A stretch of 64,000 nucleotides of DNA from Candidatus Aenigmatarchaeota archaeon (GCA_016177025.1 JACOWB010000008.1:14076-78075), one strand, 5' to 3'. Positions 27,624 to 37,708 are shown, counted from the stretch's first letter. Made by a program: numbers and translations. The notes: generated by a model not told the origin, from the letters alone.

Positions 27624-28621
27624 TTATGGCAAAAGGAATTTCAACTGTTATCGCATCTATCTTAATGTTAATGATTGTTGTTGCTTTAGGAGGGACATCT
27701 TATCTCTATATATCAGGAACATTTGCAAGCAAGACTTCCACCGCATTTTCTACACTTGATTCAATTGGTAGTAAGGTTACGATTAGAAATGATGGTACTG
27801 GACAGATAAATGAAATTACAGCTACATTAGACGGACAATCTGTAAATTTGAAAATTATACCAAGTGTTGTTCAAGGAGGACAAGTTGCAGAAGTTATACC
27901 GTTGACATCCCAGACATTATCTGCAGGCACACATATTTTGCGATTGTGCGCATCAAACATGTGCAATACAGCATATCTGACTATTCTAAGTGCTGGAACT
28001 GGCAAAAGTTGTCTCGAGATTTTGAACAATGGGGGTTCTGTAGGTGATGGTTTATACACTATAAATCCTGACGGCTCTTCTAACATTCAGGCTTATTGTG
28101 ACATGTCTACCGATGAGGGAGGATGGACTTTGGTTGTAAGGGCTTTGGCAGGAAGCCAAGTCCATAATACTGGGGGCGGTCTCGGCACTTTGTCAAGCCC
28201 TACACAAGGCACAGTTGCTAAATTGAGCAATGCTATGATAATCAATATTGGAAAATCTGTTAATCCTGTTTATGAAACTAGAGTTTTATTTGATTCATTT
28301 GCTGATAGATATTATCATCAATGGAACAACGGCTATGCTGCTGATTTCAACAACTTTAAACCTGTTCTTGGGGATCCAGCCGAACAGACACGAAAGAATA
28401 GCTATGTCGGGTCATGGATCAACGAAGCGGTGGCTTATTCAAGTGGCTGCAGTGGTGGGTATGCGCCGTTTTCAGCAAACGGACAGTGCAGTACTATTTG
28501 GGCATATATCGGATGCTCCCCTGGATTCGGCCACTCGGGATTCGGAATATCTGCGAGCTGTGCAGTGTCATACCCCCCAGAGAGTTTATACCATAGATTC
28601 GGAACTATGTGGGTGAGGTAG
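27617..28621 (+). CDS. archaeal type IV pilin-like protein (class III signal peptide) with C-terminal fibrinogen-related (FReD-like) domain
   Basis: MAKGISTVIASILMLMIVVALGG prepilin-like N-terminus. GDGLYTINPDGSSNIQAYCDMSTDEGGWTLVVR closely resembles the fibrinogen C-domain core (VYCDM.TDGGGWTV). Confidence 0.55.
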   Translation: MLIMAKGISTVIASILMLMIVVALGGTSYLYISGTFASKTSTAFSTLDSIGSKVTIRNDGTGQINEITATLDGQSVNLKIIPSVVQGGQVAEVIPLTSQTLSAGTHILRLCASNMCNTAYLTILSAGTGKSCLEILNNGGSVGDGLYTINPDGSSNIQAYCDMSTDEGGWTLVVRALAGSQVHNTGGGLGTLSSPTQGTVAKLSNAMIINIGKSVNPVYETRVLFDSFADRYYHQWNNGYAADFNNFKPVLGDPAEQTRKNSYVGSWINEAVAYSSGCSGGYAPFSANGQCSTIWAYIGCSPGFGHSGFGISASCAVSYPPESLYHRFGTMWVR

Positions 28622-28640
28622 ATTATTGTTAACGTTCTCT

Positions 28641-29057
28641 CTACTTTTCCATTCCCTTTTCAAACCATTTGAACGGAACAAGAATTATCAAGATTAGAAT
28701 CGTCGCTATTATTGCTGTCATAAAGTCGCCCAGACCTACAAGAATGCCGACAGCTGACAAGCTCCAAATTTCAGCCGCTGTTGTCAATCCCTTCACTCTG
28801 TCCCTGGCTTGGAATATAATTCCTGCACCGAGGAAACCGATGCCGGTTATAACCCCCTGAAGGACTCGTGAAAGGGCATCGCCGTTTTCGCCAACTAAAA
28901 TTGACCCCATTATCGTGAATAAGCATGCACCCAAAGCGACCAGTGAATGCGTTCTTAGGCCTGCAGGTTTCTTGTGCAGCTGACGTTCTGCCCCGATTAT
29001 AGCCCCCAATCCGGCAGATAACACAAGCTTAACTAGAATTTCTGTTTCTATGACCAT
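28641..29057 (-). CDS. MgtC/SapB-family membrane protein
   Basis: About 4 TM; LSAGLGAIIGAERQ MgtC signature. Confidence 0.7.
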   Translation of the reverse strand: MVIETEILVKLVLSAGLGAIIGAERQLHKKPAGLRTHSLVALGACLFTIMGSILVGENGDALSRVLQGVITGIGFLGAGIIFQARDRVKGLTTAAEIWSLSAVGILVGLGDFMTAIIATILILIILVPFKWFEKGMEK

Positions 29058-29136
29058 TTATTCTAATATAGAATTTGTTTTATAAATTGTTTTAGAGTCA
29101 ATCATAATATTAAGTTGGGATAAGAAATGGTATTGT

Positions 29137-29301
29137 ATGGTAAAGGTATTGAAAATTAAAAATAAGAAAGTTTTTGCGTGCGAAATCTGCGGGTTTGGCT
29201 ACAAGGATAAAGCTACAGCACAATCATGCCAAAACTGGTGCAGTGAAAGTCCGAGCTGCAATCTGCAGATAACAAAGAAAGCAGTTTATTTCCCAAAATG
29301 A
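29137..29301 (+). CDS. small zinc-ribbon-like protein (54 aa); not in ORF track
   Basis: FACEICGFGYKDKATAQSCQNWCSESPSC has C-x2-C...C-x3-C spacing. Confidence 0.3.
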   Translation: MVKVLKIKNKKVFACEICGFGYKDKATAQSCQNWCSESPSCNLQITKKAVYFPK

Positions 29302-29374
29302 GTTAAAATACTTTTAAGAGCTTAAACACAAGTTATATCTTACTTAATAATTATAAGATGTAAGAGGTTAGAAA

Positions 29375-29620
29375 ATGGTTAAAGTTCAGTTGGTCTACAC
29401 CAAACAGTGCGTTTATTGCCCCAGCACGAAAGCAATGTTCAAGGACTTGAAAAAACAGTACAAGTTCGATTACGAGGAAATAGATGCCATGTCTCCTGAA
29501 GGACAGAAGATGGTAGCTAAATATTCGATAATGTCTGTACCGACAATAATTGTTGATAACCGAGTCCAGTGGGTTGGCGTGCCTCAAAAAGATAAAGTCA
29601 TTGCTGTTGTAGGTAAGTAA
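29375..29620 (+). CDS. small thioredoxin/glutaredoxin-like protein
   Basis: CVYCP CxxC motif near N-terminus; VPTII cis-Pro region; 81 aa. Confidence 0.7.
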   Translation: MVKVQLVYTKQCVYCPSTKAMFKDLKKQYKFDYEEIDAMSPEGQKMVAKYSIMSVPTIIVDNRVQWVGVPQKDKVIAVVGK

Positions 29621-29621
29621 C

Positions 29622-29759
29622 ATGCTTAATGAAGACGAAGAAAGTCTTGCTGGGAAATATACAGAATTAATCTTTGCGTGTGCCGTTTGCAAGAAAGTTT
29701 ACAAGAAGCCCGGTATATGCAGGACATGTGATGAAATGCTAAAACCGAAAGGTGGTTAA
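29622..29759 (+). CDS. small C4 zinc-ribbon protein (45 aa); not in ORF track
   Basis: CAVCKK...CRTCDE; begins 2 nt after the trx stop; overlaps the extended trxB start. Confidence 0.3.
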   Translation: MLNEDEESLAGKYTELIFACAVCKKVYKKPGICRTCDEMLKPKGG

Positions 29760-29772
29760 TTTTCCTGAAGAG

Positions 29773-30762
29773 ATGTATGATACAATTGTCATCGGTGGAG
29801 CGGCTGCCTCGTTAACTGCTGCAATCTATGCTGCTAGAAGGGCGATGAAAACTTTGGTTATAGCCAAGAGCATTGGCGGACAGGCTGCGATGACAGATGT
29901 CATAGAAAATTATCCTGGATTCTTGTCTATTGGTGGGATCCCTTTGATGAACAAAATGCTGAAGCAGGCGATGAAAGCTGGTGCTGAAGTTATTTACGAA
30001 GAAGTGAACGCTATAGAGGAAATTCCTAATGGCAATAACGGAAAACCATTGTTTAATGTTAAGACAGTTTCCGATAATAACTACAAGACAAAAACTGTTA
30101 TGTTAACTTATGGTAAGACGCCGAGAACCTTAGACGTTCCAGGTGAAGGCGAATTCGGAGCGAAGGGTGTATCTTACTGCGTTACATGTGACGGACCATT
30201 ATTCAAAGGTAAGAAAGTTGTTGTAGTTGGCGGAGGCAATTCTGCATTGGAAGGTGCTGAATATCTTAGCAAGATTTGCCCTAAAGTTTACCTGATTCAT
30301 CGCAGGGATCAGTTTCGTGGATTTGAGTATTTGGTTGAAGAAGTGAAAAGCAGAAAGAATGTCGAAATTTTGTACAATTCTGTTGTAAAAGAAATTAAAG
30401 GTGAACACATAGTCCATTCTGTTGTTGTGCAGAATGTTGTTAATAATGAAACGAAAGAAATACCTGTTTCTGGTGTGTTTGTTGAGATTGGTTCTGTGAC
30501 CAAGACTGATTTCATCAAGCATCTTGTTAAGCTGGATCAATTAGGACAAGTTCTTACTACTAACAATGCTGAGACGTATTATCCTGATAATGAGAAGATC
30601 AGACCTGGGATTTTTGCAGCTGGAGATATAACACAGACGCCGTTCAAACAGATTGTCGTTTCTGCAGGTGAGGGATGTAAAGCTGCACTACAGGCGTATA
30701 ATTATCTTGCCGGGCAGCATCCTACTTTTGTCGCTGATTGGGTTGCGAAGAAGAAACATTAA
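29773..30762 (+). CDS. trxB: thioredoxin-disulfide reductase
   Basis: FAD motif IVIGGAAAS, redox-active CVTCDG, NADPH motif VVVGGGNSA. Start placed at MYDTIVIGG; the track ORF begins at GTG 29752. Confidence 0.85.
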   Translation: MYDTIVIGGAAASLTAAIYAARRAMKTLVIAKSIGGQAAMTDVIENYPGFLSIGGIPLMNKMLKQAMKAGAEVIYEEVNAIEEIPNGNNGKPLFNVKTVSDNNYKTKTVMLTYGKTPRTLDVPGEGEFGAKGVSYCVTCDGPLFKGKKVVVVGGGNSALEGAEYLSKICPKVYLIHRRDQFRGFEYLVEEVKSRKNVEILYNSVVKEIKGEHIVHSVVVQNVVNNETKEIPVSGVFVEIGSVTKTDFIKHLVKLDQLGQVLTTNNAETYYPDNEKIRPGIFAAGDITQTPFKQIVVSAGEGCKAALQAYNYLAGQHPTFVADWVAKKKH

Positions 30763-31469
30763 ATTTCAATGTATTTTTCAATTCTAAGTTTTTTTGCCAT
30801 ATCTTTCGTGACAATCGCATAATATTTGGTCGGTCTTTCAATCACACCCCACTGTTTCTTATAAGATTCATCACCAACCTCAAGATCATAGTATTTAATT
30901 TTTCTATTTATCGCCTGTTCGATATCCTTCTTCAACAGGAAAGTCGGCACGGACCTGTTTTTGTATTTCCTATTCCACCAACATCCAAAGTAATAGATTG
31001 TATTTCTTTCTTGCATCGCGATGTGGACTGCAATCAATTCTTTTCTAAAATATGCACTAAGCGTGTAGCATTTCTGCTTCCATAACTCCAATCTCCTTTT
31101 AAAATCCTTTTTATTTTCTTTCCAAAGTTCAAGAAACCATTTCTTGCTTTTATCCAAAGCGTCCTTCTCATTCCAGACAAGCTTTAAATCGGCATTCTTT
31201 TTCTCTACTCGTCTCAAATCTTTTTTCAGATCTTTATCTATCGTTAGTTCGTCGAAACTTTTTGGGACTTGTATTATGTTTGTGTAATTTGATTTGTCAT
31301 TCGAAACGAAACCTATAGGGCAATCTGGATGTATTTCGCTAACATAGAAAGGCCTGGGTAGAGTTTTCAAATCCTTTTTGTCTAGCCATGCATATGGAAC
31401 AAACCAAACGTCTCTTAATGTCCAATAAAATAACTTTGTTCCCTGTATATACTCTTTAACAAACTCCAT
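30759..31469 (-). CDS. hypothetical protein
   Basis: ORF only; Lys/Trp-rich 236 aa. Confidence 0.4.
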   Translation of the reverse strand: MEFVKEYIQGTKLFYWTLRDVWFVPYAWLDKKDLKTLPRPFYVSEIHPDCPIGFVSNDKSNYTNIIQVPKSFDELTIDKDLKKDLRRVEKKNADLKLVWNEKDALDKSKKWFLELWKENKKDFKRRLELWKQKCYTLSAYFRKELIAVHIAMQERNTIYYFGCWWNRKYKNRSVPTFLLKKDIEQAINRKIKYYDLEVGDESYKKQWGVIERPTKYYAIVTKDMAKKLRIEKYIEI

Positions 31470-31895
31470 TTAATGTTCTCCTTGCTTATGCCAGTCCCAA
31501 AAAACTTCAAGTTCGTGAGCTCTCCAATTGCCACCTATGCTTTTGAGATATTCCTTTTCCTTCTGCGTTGCAACAACATGCGCCTCTTCATCGAGTTTCA
31601 AACCAAACTTCTCGACCAAAAACTTCTCAATCACCTCATGCACGCACAATGCTTTAAACGATTTTTCCCTGTCTGCTTCGCTGAAAGTCTTATCGATGAA
31701 GACTTCTTTCATCTTCCTGCTCCATTCTGCAACATGATCTTCCTTTTTGATTGTGAATTTGTCGGCTATTCGACGGCCAAAAAAATCAAGTGAGATCTTC
31801 CTGCCTGAAAATTTCACACCGCTAACAGGGGACTTTAGAAGAACCCTCATAAAAGTTTGACGCAGTGTTTCAAGCCGCTTATTAGCCTTTTTCAT
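31470..31895 (-). CDS. hypothetical protein
   Basis: ORF only; 141 aa; translationally coupled to 30759-31469. Confidence 0.4.
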   Translation of the reverse strand: MKKANKRLETLRQTFMRVLLKSPVSGVKFSGRKISLDFFGRRIADKFTIKKEDHVAEWSRKMKEVFIDKTFSEADREKSFKALCVHEVIEKFLVEKFGLKLDEEAHVVATQKEKEYLKSIGGNWRAHELEVFWDWHKQGEH

Positions 31896-31919
31896 AATTA
31901 AATCTAGTTTTTTATCTAT

Positions 31920-33122
31920 TCATTTCTTCGGTTTTCTTTTCCATTCTTCAGCCATTTTGATTCTTTTGATTGTCGAAGGGTGTGAAAGCAGCCAGAATTC
32001 TGTCAACGGGTGCACTTTTAACTCGGCTAAATGAAGATCAGCGAGCCTTTTTTCAAGCGAGACTTGTGCTACAGGTTTTCTGACATGCTTTAATGCAAAT
32101 TCATCTGCCTGTGATTCTCTCCACCGAGAATGCGCATTTACTAGTGGCATTAATAAGAATGCCAGTGCGCCGTTAATCATCCCTATCAAAGGCAATGATG
32201 CCAAATCGCCTATGCCTTGTATACTTAACATCGGCGCGAATACACCAACTAGATAATCTATAATAAAAAATGCTGGAAAGACTATGATTGCTTCTAGAAT
32301 CAATCCTCGTATTATGTCTTTGTTTATATAATGCCCCAATTCATGGCCGACCACCGCCTCTACCTCGTCTTTGGTGAAATCGTTCAACAAATTATCAAAC
32401 AGCGCTATTTTCTGTTGGTTACCGATCCCGTAAAAGAATGCATTGGGCCTTACAGTCTTTTCACTTTCCTTGATTACGAAAACATTCCTTATTTTTGCCA
32501 CCCCCAGCTTTCTGCAGAGGTTGAGAATTTTTTGTTTCATTGCCTTGTCCGTATACGGCTCTGTTTTCCACATGAAAGGAACTATAATCAACGGGTAGAC
32601 GTAGTTCATGATTAGTGAGAAGATGATGTAAAATATCCCGGCGAATATCCACCATAACGAAAATGTTCTTATCGAGAAATAAAGAAACCATATCATGATT
32701 AGCGAAAGTATGTAAGAGATCAGATTCCCTTTCAGATAGTCCTTGAACCAGCCTGAAAGTTTGTATCGTGCGAGCTTGAACTTGTGGTCGTAGACGAAAG
32801 TGGAATAAAGTGCAACTGGAAATCCTGTGATGGTGAATATTGACAATATCAAGAAACCGTAAAACAGAGTTGGAAGAGGGTATTGAAGAACAAATTCTCT
32901 AATTGTGATGTTTAATCCGCTGAATAGAACGGTCAGGCCTGTTACCAACGAGATCAACAAGCTGAGAAAATAAAACAGTAACTTGCCCCTGCGATAGCTC
33001 TTGGCAATCCTTCTCTTCTTCGGGTCAAATTCGTACGGGTATTTTATCCTTGGCATACAACCACTAAAAGTTCTTTTAAAAATTAAATAGGAAGCTTTTA
33101 CGTAAATAATAATAGTAATCAT
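31920..33122 (-). CDS. M48-family membrane zinc metalloprotease (HtpX/Ste24-like)
   Basis: Multiple TM helices; HEXXH motif VVGHELGHY; real start possibly internal (MPRIKY). Confidence 0.75.
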   Translation of the reverse strand: MITIIIYVKASYLIFKRTFSGCMPRIKYPYEFDPKKRRIAKSYRRGKLLFYFLSLLISLVTGLTVLFSGLNITIREFVLQYPLPTLFYGFLILSIFTITGFPVALYSTFVYDHKFKLARYKLSGWFKDYLKGNLISYILSLIMIWFLYFSIRTFSLWWIFAGIFYIIFSLIMNYVYPLIIVPFMWKTEPYTDKAMKQKILNLCRKLGVAKIRNVFVIKESEKTVRPNAFFYGIGNQQKIALFDNLLNDFTKDEVEAVVGHELGHYINKDIIRGLILEAIIVFPAFFIIDYLVGVFAPMLSIQGIGDLASLPLIGMINGALAFLLMPLVNAHSRWRESQADEFALKHVRKPVAQVSLEKRLADLHLAELKVHPLTEFWLLSHPSTIKRIKMAEEWKRKPKK

Positions 33123-33123
33123 T

Positions 33124-34257
33124 ATGGAACTTGAAAACTTTGTCGATGAGTTTGGACCTGAGTATGTGATTGAAGTTCATGATAAGAAGATTGGACTGAA
33201 AGGTGTTTTGATAATAGATTCGACGGCTTTAGGACCGGGAAAAGGCGGTATCCGGATGACACCCACTGTTGACGTAACAGAAGTTTTTAGACTGGCAAGA
33301 ACAATGACATGGAAGAATGCTCTTGCCGAACTACCGTTTGGGGGGGCTAAAGCGGGAATTAAAGCGTCGTCCGAGAATATCAAAAATAAAGAACGTAAGA
33401 AAGCCCTGATACAAGCTTTTTCGAAAGCATTGAAACCTGTTGTGCCAAAGCTGTATGTAGCAGGCCCTGATGTCAACACCGGAGAGGAGGAAATGAAATG
33501 GTTTTTCGAGGCTAATGGTGACTGGAGAGCATGCACTGGGAAGCCTGCGAATGTTTGCATGAAACTTTTCGGTAAAGGTAGTAAAAAATGTGGTATTCCA
33601 CATGAATATGGTTCCACGGGATTCGGTGTCGCGCATGCTACTGCTGTTGCGACGAGACATATCGGATTGGAAATTAAAGATGCTACGATTGCGATAGAAG
33701 GATTCGGTAATGTGGGCACTTTTGCTTTCCAACACCTGTCAGATTTTGGTGCGAAGATTGTTGCTGTTAGTGACAGTAAAGGTGTGATTTACAATGAAAA
33801 TGGCTTGGATGTCAAAAAATTGTATGGTGTCAAACAGAAAACTGGAAGTGTGGTTAATTACAAATCTGGGAAAGTCCTTCCTAATAAGGAGATTTTTGAA
33901 TTGCCTGTTGATGTTGTGATTCCTGGCGCTTTGCCTGATGTGATAACAAAAGACAATGTAGACAAAATTAAGGCGAAGATTGTTGTGGAAGCAGCAAATA
34001 TCCCAACCACACCTGAGATGGAGGGTATATTACATAGGAAAGGGATTTTGGTAGTTCCTGATTTTGTCGCTAATGCAGGTGGTGTGATTTCTTCGTATGC
34101 AGAATATCGGGGGCACAATCCTAAGAAGATGTTCGAACTTGTGGAGAAGAAGATTAAGAGGAATGTGAAGATTGTTTTGGAGAGAGCTGAGAAAGAGAAT
34201 GTGAAGCCGAGAGATGCGGCATTAAAGATTGCACAGGAAAGAGTAAGAAAAGGTTAA
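33124..34257 (+). CDS. Glu/Leu/Phe/Val-family amino acid dehydrogenase (short GDH/LeuDH-like)
   Basis: Catalytic Lys motif LPFGGAKAGI; Rossmann GFGNVG; 377 aa. Confidence 0.8.
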   Translation: MELENFVDEFGPEYVIEVHDKKIGLKGVLIIDSTALGPGKGGIRMTPTVDVTEVFRLARTMTWKNALAELPFGGAKAGIKASSENIKNKERKKALIQAFSKALKPVVPKLYVAGPDVNTGEEEMKWFFEANGDWRACTGKPANVCMKLFGKGSKKCGIPHEYGSTGFGVAHATAVATRHIGLEIKDATIAIEGFGNVGTFAFQHLSDFGAKIVAVSDSKGVIYNENGLDVKKLYGVKQKTGSVVNYKSGKVLPNKEIFELPVDVVIPGALPDVITKDNVDKIKAKIVVEAANIPTTPEMEGILHRKGILVVPDFVANAGGVISSYAEYRGHNPKKMFELVEKKIKRNVKIVLERAEKENVKPRDAALKIAQERVRKG

Positions 34258-34877
34258 TTCGTCGCAATTCGTGCATCGACTATTTTAATTTCCTTTCCAT
34301 TTGTCATTAACGGATTGATGTCCAATTCTTCTATTTTTTTATATTTTTGTGGTAGTTTTGAGACTTTGACAAGAATTTGTTTTAATAGCTTGGTATTAAC
34401 TGGCTTCTGCCCCCTAGTTCCTGTGATTAACCATTGATTTTTCAAGTCAGACAACATACCTTTTGCGTCATTTTCGTCTATAGGACAAATTCTGAATGTC
34501 ACATCTTTTAGTGACTCTACAAAAATACCTCCTGCACCGAACATTATCACATGATCAAATGTAGGATCTTTTTTGATTCCTATTATAAACTCTCTTCCTT
34601 TAACATATTCTTGGATCAAAATTCCTGTTAGCTTCATTTTTTTTGTTTTGGTTGATTTCATAAAGTTGTTGAAAGAATCTTGAGCTTCTTTAGAACTATT
34701 GGCTGTCTTTATACCATCGATGTCTGTTTTGTGTACAGCTTGCGGAGAGATTATTTTCATTACTACAGGGTACTTTTTAATTTTTAACAATTCTTTGGCA
34801 TCTTTTATCAAAAAACTCTTGGCAAGTGGGAGTCCCTTAAGGAATTTTTCGGCGTCTTTGCCTAGGAAAACTTTCAT
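34254..34877 (-). CDS. acetyl-CoA synthetase (ADP-forming) beta subunit, ATP-grasp domain
   Basis: ATP-grasp N-terminal pattern LIKDAKELLKIKKYPVVMKIISPQAVHKTDIDGI; the alpha subunit is encoded at 36340. Confidence 0.65.
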   Translation of the reverse strand: MKVFLGKDAEKFLKGLPLAKSFLIKDAKELLKIKKYPVVMKIISPQAVHKTDIDGIKTANSSKEAQDSFNNFMKSTKTKKMKLTGILIQEYVKGREFIIGIKKDPTFDHVIMFGAGGIFVESLKDVTFRICPIDENDAKGMLSDLKNQWLITGTRGQKPVNTKLLKQILVKVSKLPQKYKKIEELDINPLMTNGKEIKIVDARIATN

Positions 34878-34899
34878 ATTCTTATTTTATTTTCAATTA

Positions 34900-36249
34900 T
34901 TAAATTGCAATTCTATACTGCATATGGTCGATACCTAGTGTTTTAAGCAATTTGCTATAATGGTATTCACTAATACCTAAATCTGAGGATGACCTTCGTA
35001 TGAAACCTCTATTAGCTCTTAAATTTGCTTTTATAATGTCTGTTAGTTCCTCATCGGAAATCAAACCGTATCTTTTCATATACAATAACAATTCACCATC
35101 TGTCAAGCACAGCACTTCGGCCGTTTTTCTTCTATCTCCATCAAATCTAATTAAGTTGTCGGTAACAGCCTGCTCTCTTTGCTCTCTATATTCGATATCT
35201 TTGAGTCTCCCCTCAAAAACTTGAGGTTCAACATACTCCCTCTTTTCAGCCTCGCTTATTACTGCTTTTAAAAGCCGAGGACGCAATGACCTGTGCCTTT
35301 TTAGGCGATCCATATATCTAGTTAAAATAGAGGGCGTGAATCTGAATAAGTCACGATGTCTTTCCAATAAATCAATTATGGTGTCGCGGTATAACCACAC
35401 TCTGGCTGATGATAATCTTGAAGATTGTGTATTACTAGGATAAATCCTGAGATCTCTGTCAGAGTCTATGTCAACATCCGGTAGTGCATGTTGTAACAAT
35501 TCAATAGTTTGTTTTCCCTCACTTTCTGCATGTGTTCTATCATTCTTTTTTGGTAAGTCTATATACCATTGATACCCTCTTTCTCTGTTAATAATAAGCT
35601 TTGTGGCGAAAAGTATGGTAGTGAAATCAAACAAAAGTTTTCTTGCAGTCTGTTTATCTCCACCATGTAAAACACCAGAATTTTGCCAGTTTATAAGGTT
35701 TTGAATGTAGGGTGGGAGTTTCAACTCAGCATCAATATCCATCTGTCGGTTGTTCACCTCAAGAAGATTAAGGACTCTTCCGAAAAGAGCACCTATACCG
35801 TTCCCTTTTAAAGAGACTCCGTATAGTCTAGTATCATATTCCCCCATAATACCAAGCGGTGCAAGTTCTTCCATGAAAAACTCCAACTCCAGTGGTCCCC
35901 CATATAAAACAGGTCTGAATTTTTGAATATCGCAACGACCACTATAAGTGACCCATGCAGCCAGCATGTTTATCGGGGGAAATCTGTTATTGACATAACT
36001 TAAAGGAAATAATTCTAATCTATTAGCAATATTCGTCGCTTTGATAGAATCAGGAATTTTTTCTCCTTTTCTCCAATACCTAACAATGCTGGAACTTGTA
36101 TTATGTCGATCTGCAATAGCAGTACTTTTAGCATCTGTCGACACTGCCTCGACGTAGGCATTGTAGTAACTAGAACCAAATCTGTAGGTATTCAGAAATT
36201 CTTCTAAGCTCACTAACGTCTCCTGTTCAAGACTAACTCTTGGTTTCAT
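34900..36249 (-). CDS. hypothetical 449-aa protein with N- and C-terminal HTH-like segments
   Basis: ORF only; sigma-region-4-like HTH near the C-terminus (ISEYHYSKLLKTLGI). Confidence 0.4.
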   Translation of the reverse strand: MKPRVSLEQETLVSLEEFLNTYRFGSSYYNAYVEAVSTDAKSTAIADRHNTSSSIVRYWRKGEKIPDSIKATNIANRLELFPLSYVNNRFPPINMLAAWVTYSGRCDIQKFRPVLYGGPLELEFFMEELAPLGIMGEYDTRLYGVSLKGNGIGALFGRVLNLLEVNNRQMDIDAELKLPPYIQNLINWQNSGVLHGGDKQTARKLLFDFTTILFATKLIINRERGYQWYIDLPKKNDRTHAESEGKQTIELLQHALPDVDIDSDRDLRIYPSNTQSSRLSSARVWLYRDTIIDLLERHRDLFRFTPSILTRYMDRLKRHRSLRPRLLKAVISEAEKREYVEPQVFEGRLKDIEYREQREQAVTDNLIRFDGDRRKTAEVLCLTDGELLLYMKRYGLISDEELTDIIKANLRANRGFIRRSSSDLGISEYHYSKLLKTLGIDHMQYRIAI

Positions 36250-36339
36250 AACTATCGATAAAACCGTATAGATTTAAAACTAATGTTTTTAGCTTTGCTT
36301 TTTGGAAAAACTTAAGCCCAGAAAGACAAAATAACTATT

Positions 36340-37704
36340 ATGGACCTGGATAGTTTTTTCAATGCTCAGAGTATAGCTATCATCGGCGTTTCAAGAGATT
36401 CGAACAAGGTCGGGCATGTGATTTTCAGGAACTTTGTCGACGGCGGCTATCAGGGGAAGATATTTGCTGTGAATCCCAATGCCGAGAGTATCTTGAATTA
36501 CCGTTCGTATGCTTCTGTTTCGGATATACAGGAGAATGTCAATCTGGCAATTGTGGCTGTCCCTGCAGAGGCGGTTCCTAAGGTCTTGGAGGAATGTGGT
36601 AGAAAGAAGATTCAGAACGTGATAATCGACAGTGCCGGATTTAAGGAAGTTGGCAACTACAAGCTGGAAAAGAAACTAGAAGATACGATTAAAAGATACA
36701 AGCTCAGAGTTATCGGACCCAATGCTCTTGGTGTATACGATGCTTACAGTAAAATCGACTCATTGTTCTTGCCGAGATTCAGGATGAGCAGACCGAAGGA
36801 GGGTGTGATATCTTTCGTGTGCCAATCGGGTGCTATCGGCTCATCAGTTGTTGATTTAGCTACTGCTGAAGGATATGGATTCGCCAAATTCATAAGTTAT
36901 GGCAACGCTGTTGATGTTGATGAATCGGATTTGATTGAATATCTTGGCAATGACGAGAAGACCAAAGTTATCTGCCTGTATATCGAAGCTGTGAAGGATG
37001 GAAGGAGATTTTTGGAGGTATGCAAGAAAGTTTCAAAGAAAAAACCTATTATCGCGATTAAAGGCGGTGTGACGGAAGCCGGTGCCAAGGCGACATTATC
37101 TCATACAGGCTCTCTTGCTGGAAGTGCTGAGATCTATTTTGGAGCTTTCAAACAAGCCGGAATAATTCATGCGGAGAATTTGGAGGACATGTTTGATTTT
37201 GCGAAGATTTTAGAGAAATGCATTCCGCCGAAAGGCGGAAACGTTCAGATAATAACCAATGGCGGTGGATATGGTATACTGGCTGTAGATGCGATGGTTA
37301 AAAATGGCATGGCACTTTCTGACCTCTCAAAAGAGACCAAAAAAGAATTAAGGAAACAACTACCGCCGATAATCAACATAGAGAATCCGTTGGACTTGGT
37401 TGGCGACGCTACTTCTGCAAGATACAAGCTCTGCATAGACGCGTGCATGAAGGATAGGAATGTAGATGTTCTGTTGATAATAGTTTTGGTCCAGACACCG
37501 CTGATAGCAACAGATATAGTGGATGTCTTGGTGGAGGCGAACGATTCGAAGAAGAAACCCATTATAGTCGTGTCAGCTGGCGGGGAGTATACAGAAGTTA
37601 TGCGGAAGAACCTTGAACAGAATGGAATACCGACTTATACTTACCCAGAGGATGCTGTGAGGTCTGTGCAGCAGTTGGTAAAGTATTATAAAAATAATCT
37701 GTGA
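36340..37704 (+). CDS. acetyl-CoA synthetase (ADP-forming) alpha subunit
   Basis: CoA-binding N-terminus IAIIGVSRDSNKVGHVI; SCS-like VCQSGAIGS; phospho-His region. Confidence 0.8.
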   Translation: MDLDSFFNAQSIAIIGVSRDSNKVGHVIFRNFVDGGYQGKIFAVNPNAESILNYRSYASVSDIQENVNLAIVAVPAEAVPKVLEECGRKKIQNVIIDSAGFKEVGNYKLEKKLEDTIKRYKLRVIGPNALGVYDAYSKIDSLFLPRFRMSRPKEGVISFVCQSGAIGSSVVDLATAEGYGFAKFISYGNAVDVDESDLIEYLGNDEKTKVICLYIEAVKDGRRFLEVCKKVSKKKPIIAIKGGVTEAGAKATLSHTGSLAGSAEIYFGAFKQAGIIHAENLEDMFDFAKILEKCIPPKGGNVQIITNGGGYGILAVDAMVKNGMALSDLSKETKKELRKQLPPIINIENPLDLVGDATSARYKLCIDACMKDRNVDVLLIIVLVQTPLIATDIVDVLVEANDSKKKPIIVVSAGGEYTEVMRKNLEQNGIPTYTYPEDAVRSVQQLVKYYKNNL

Positions 37705-37708
37705 TTCT

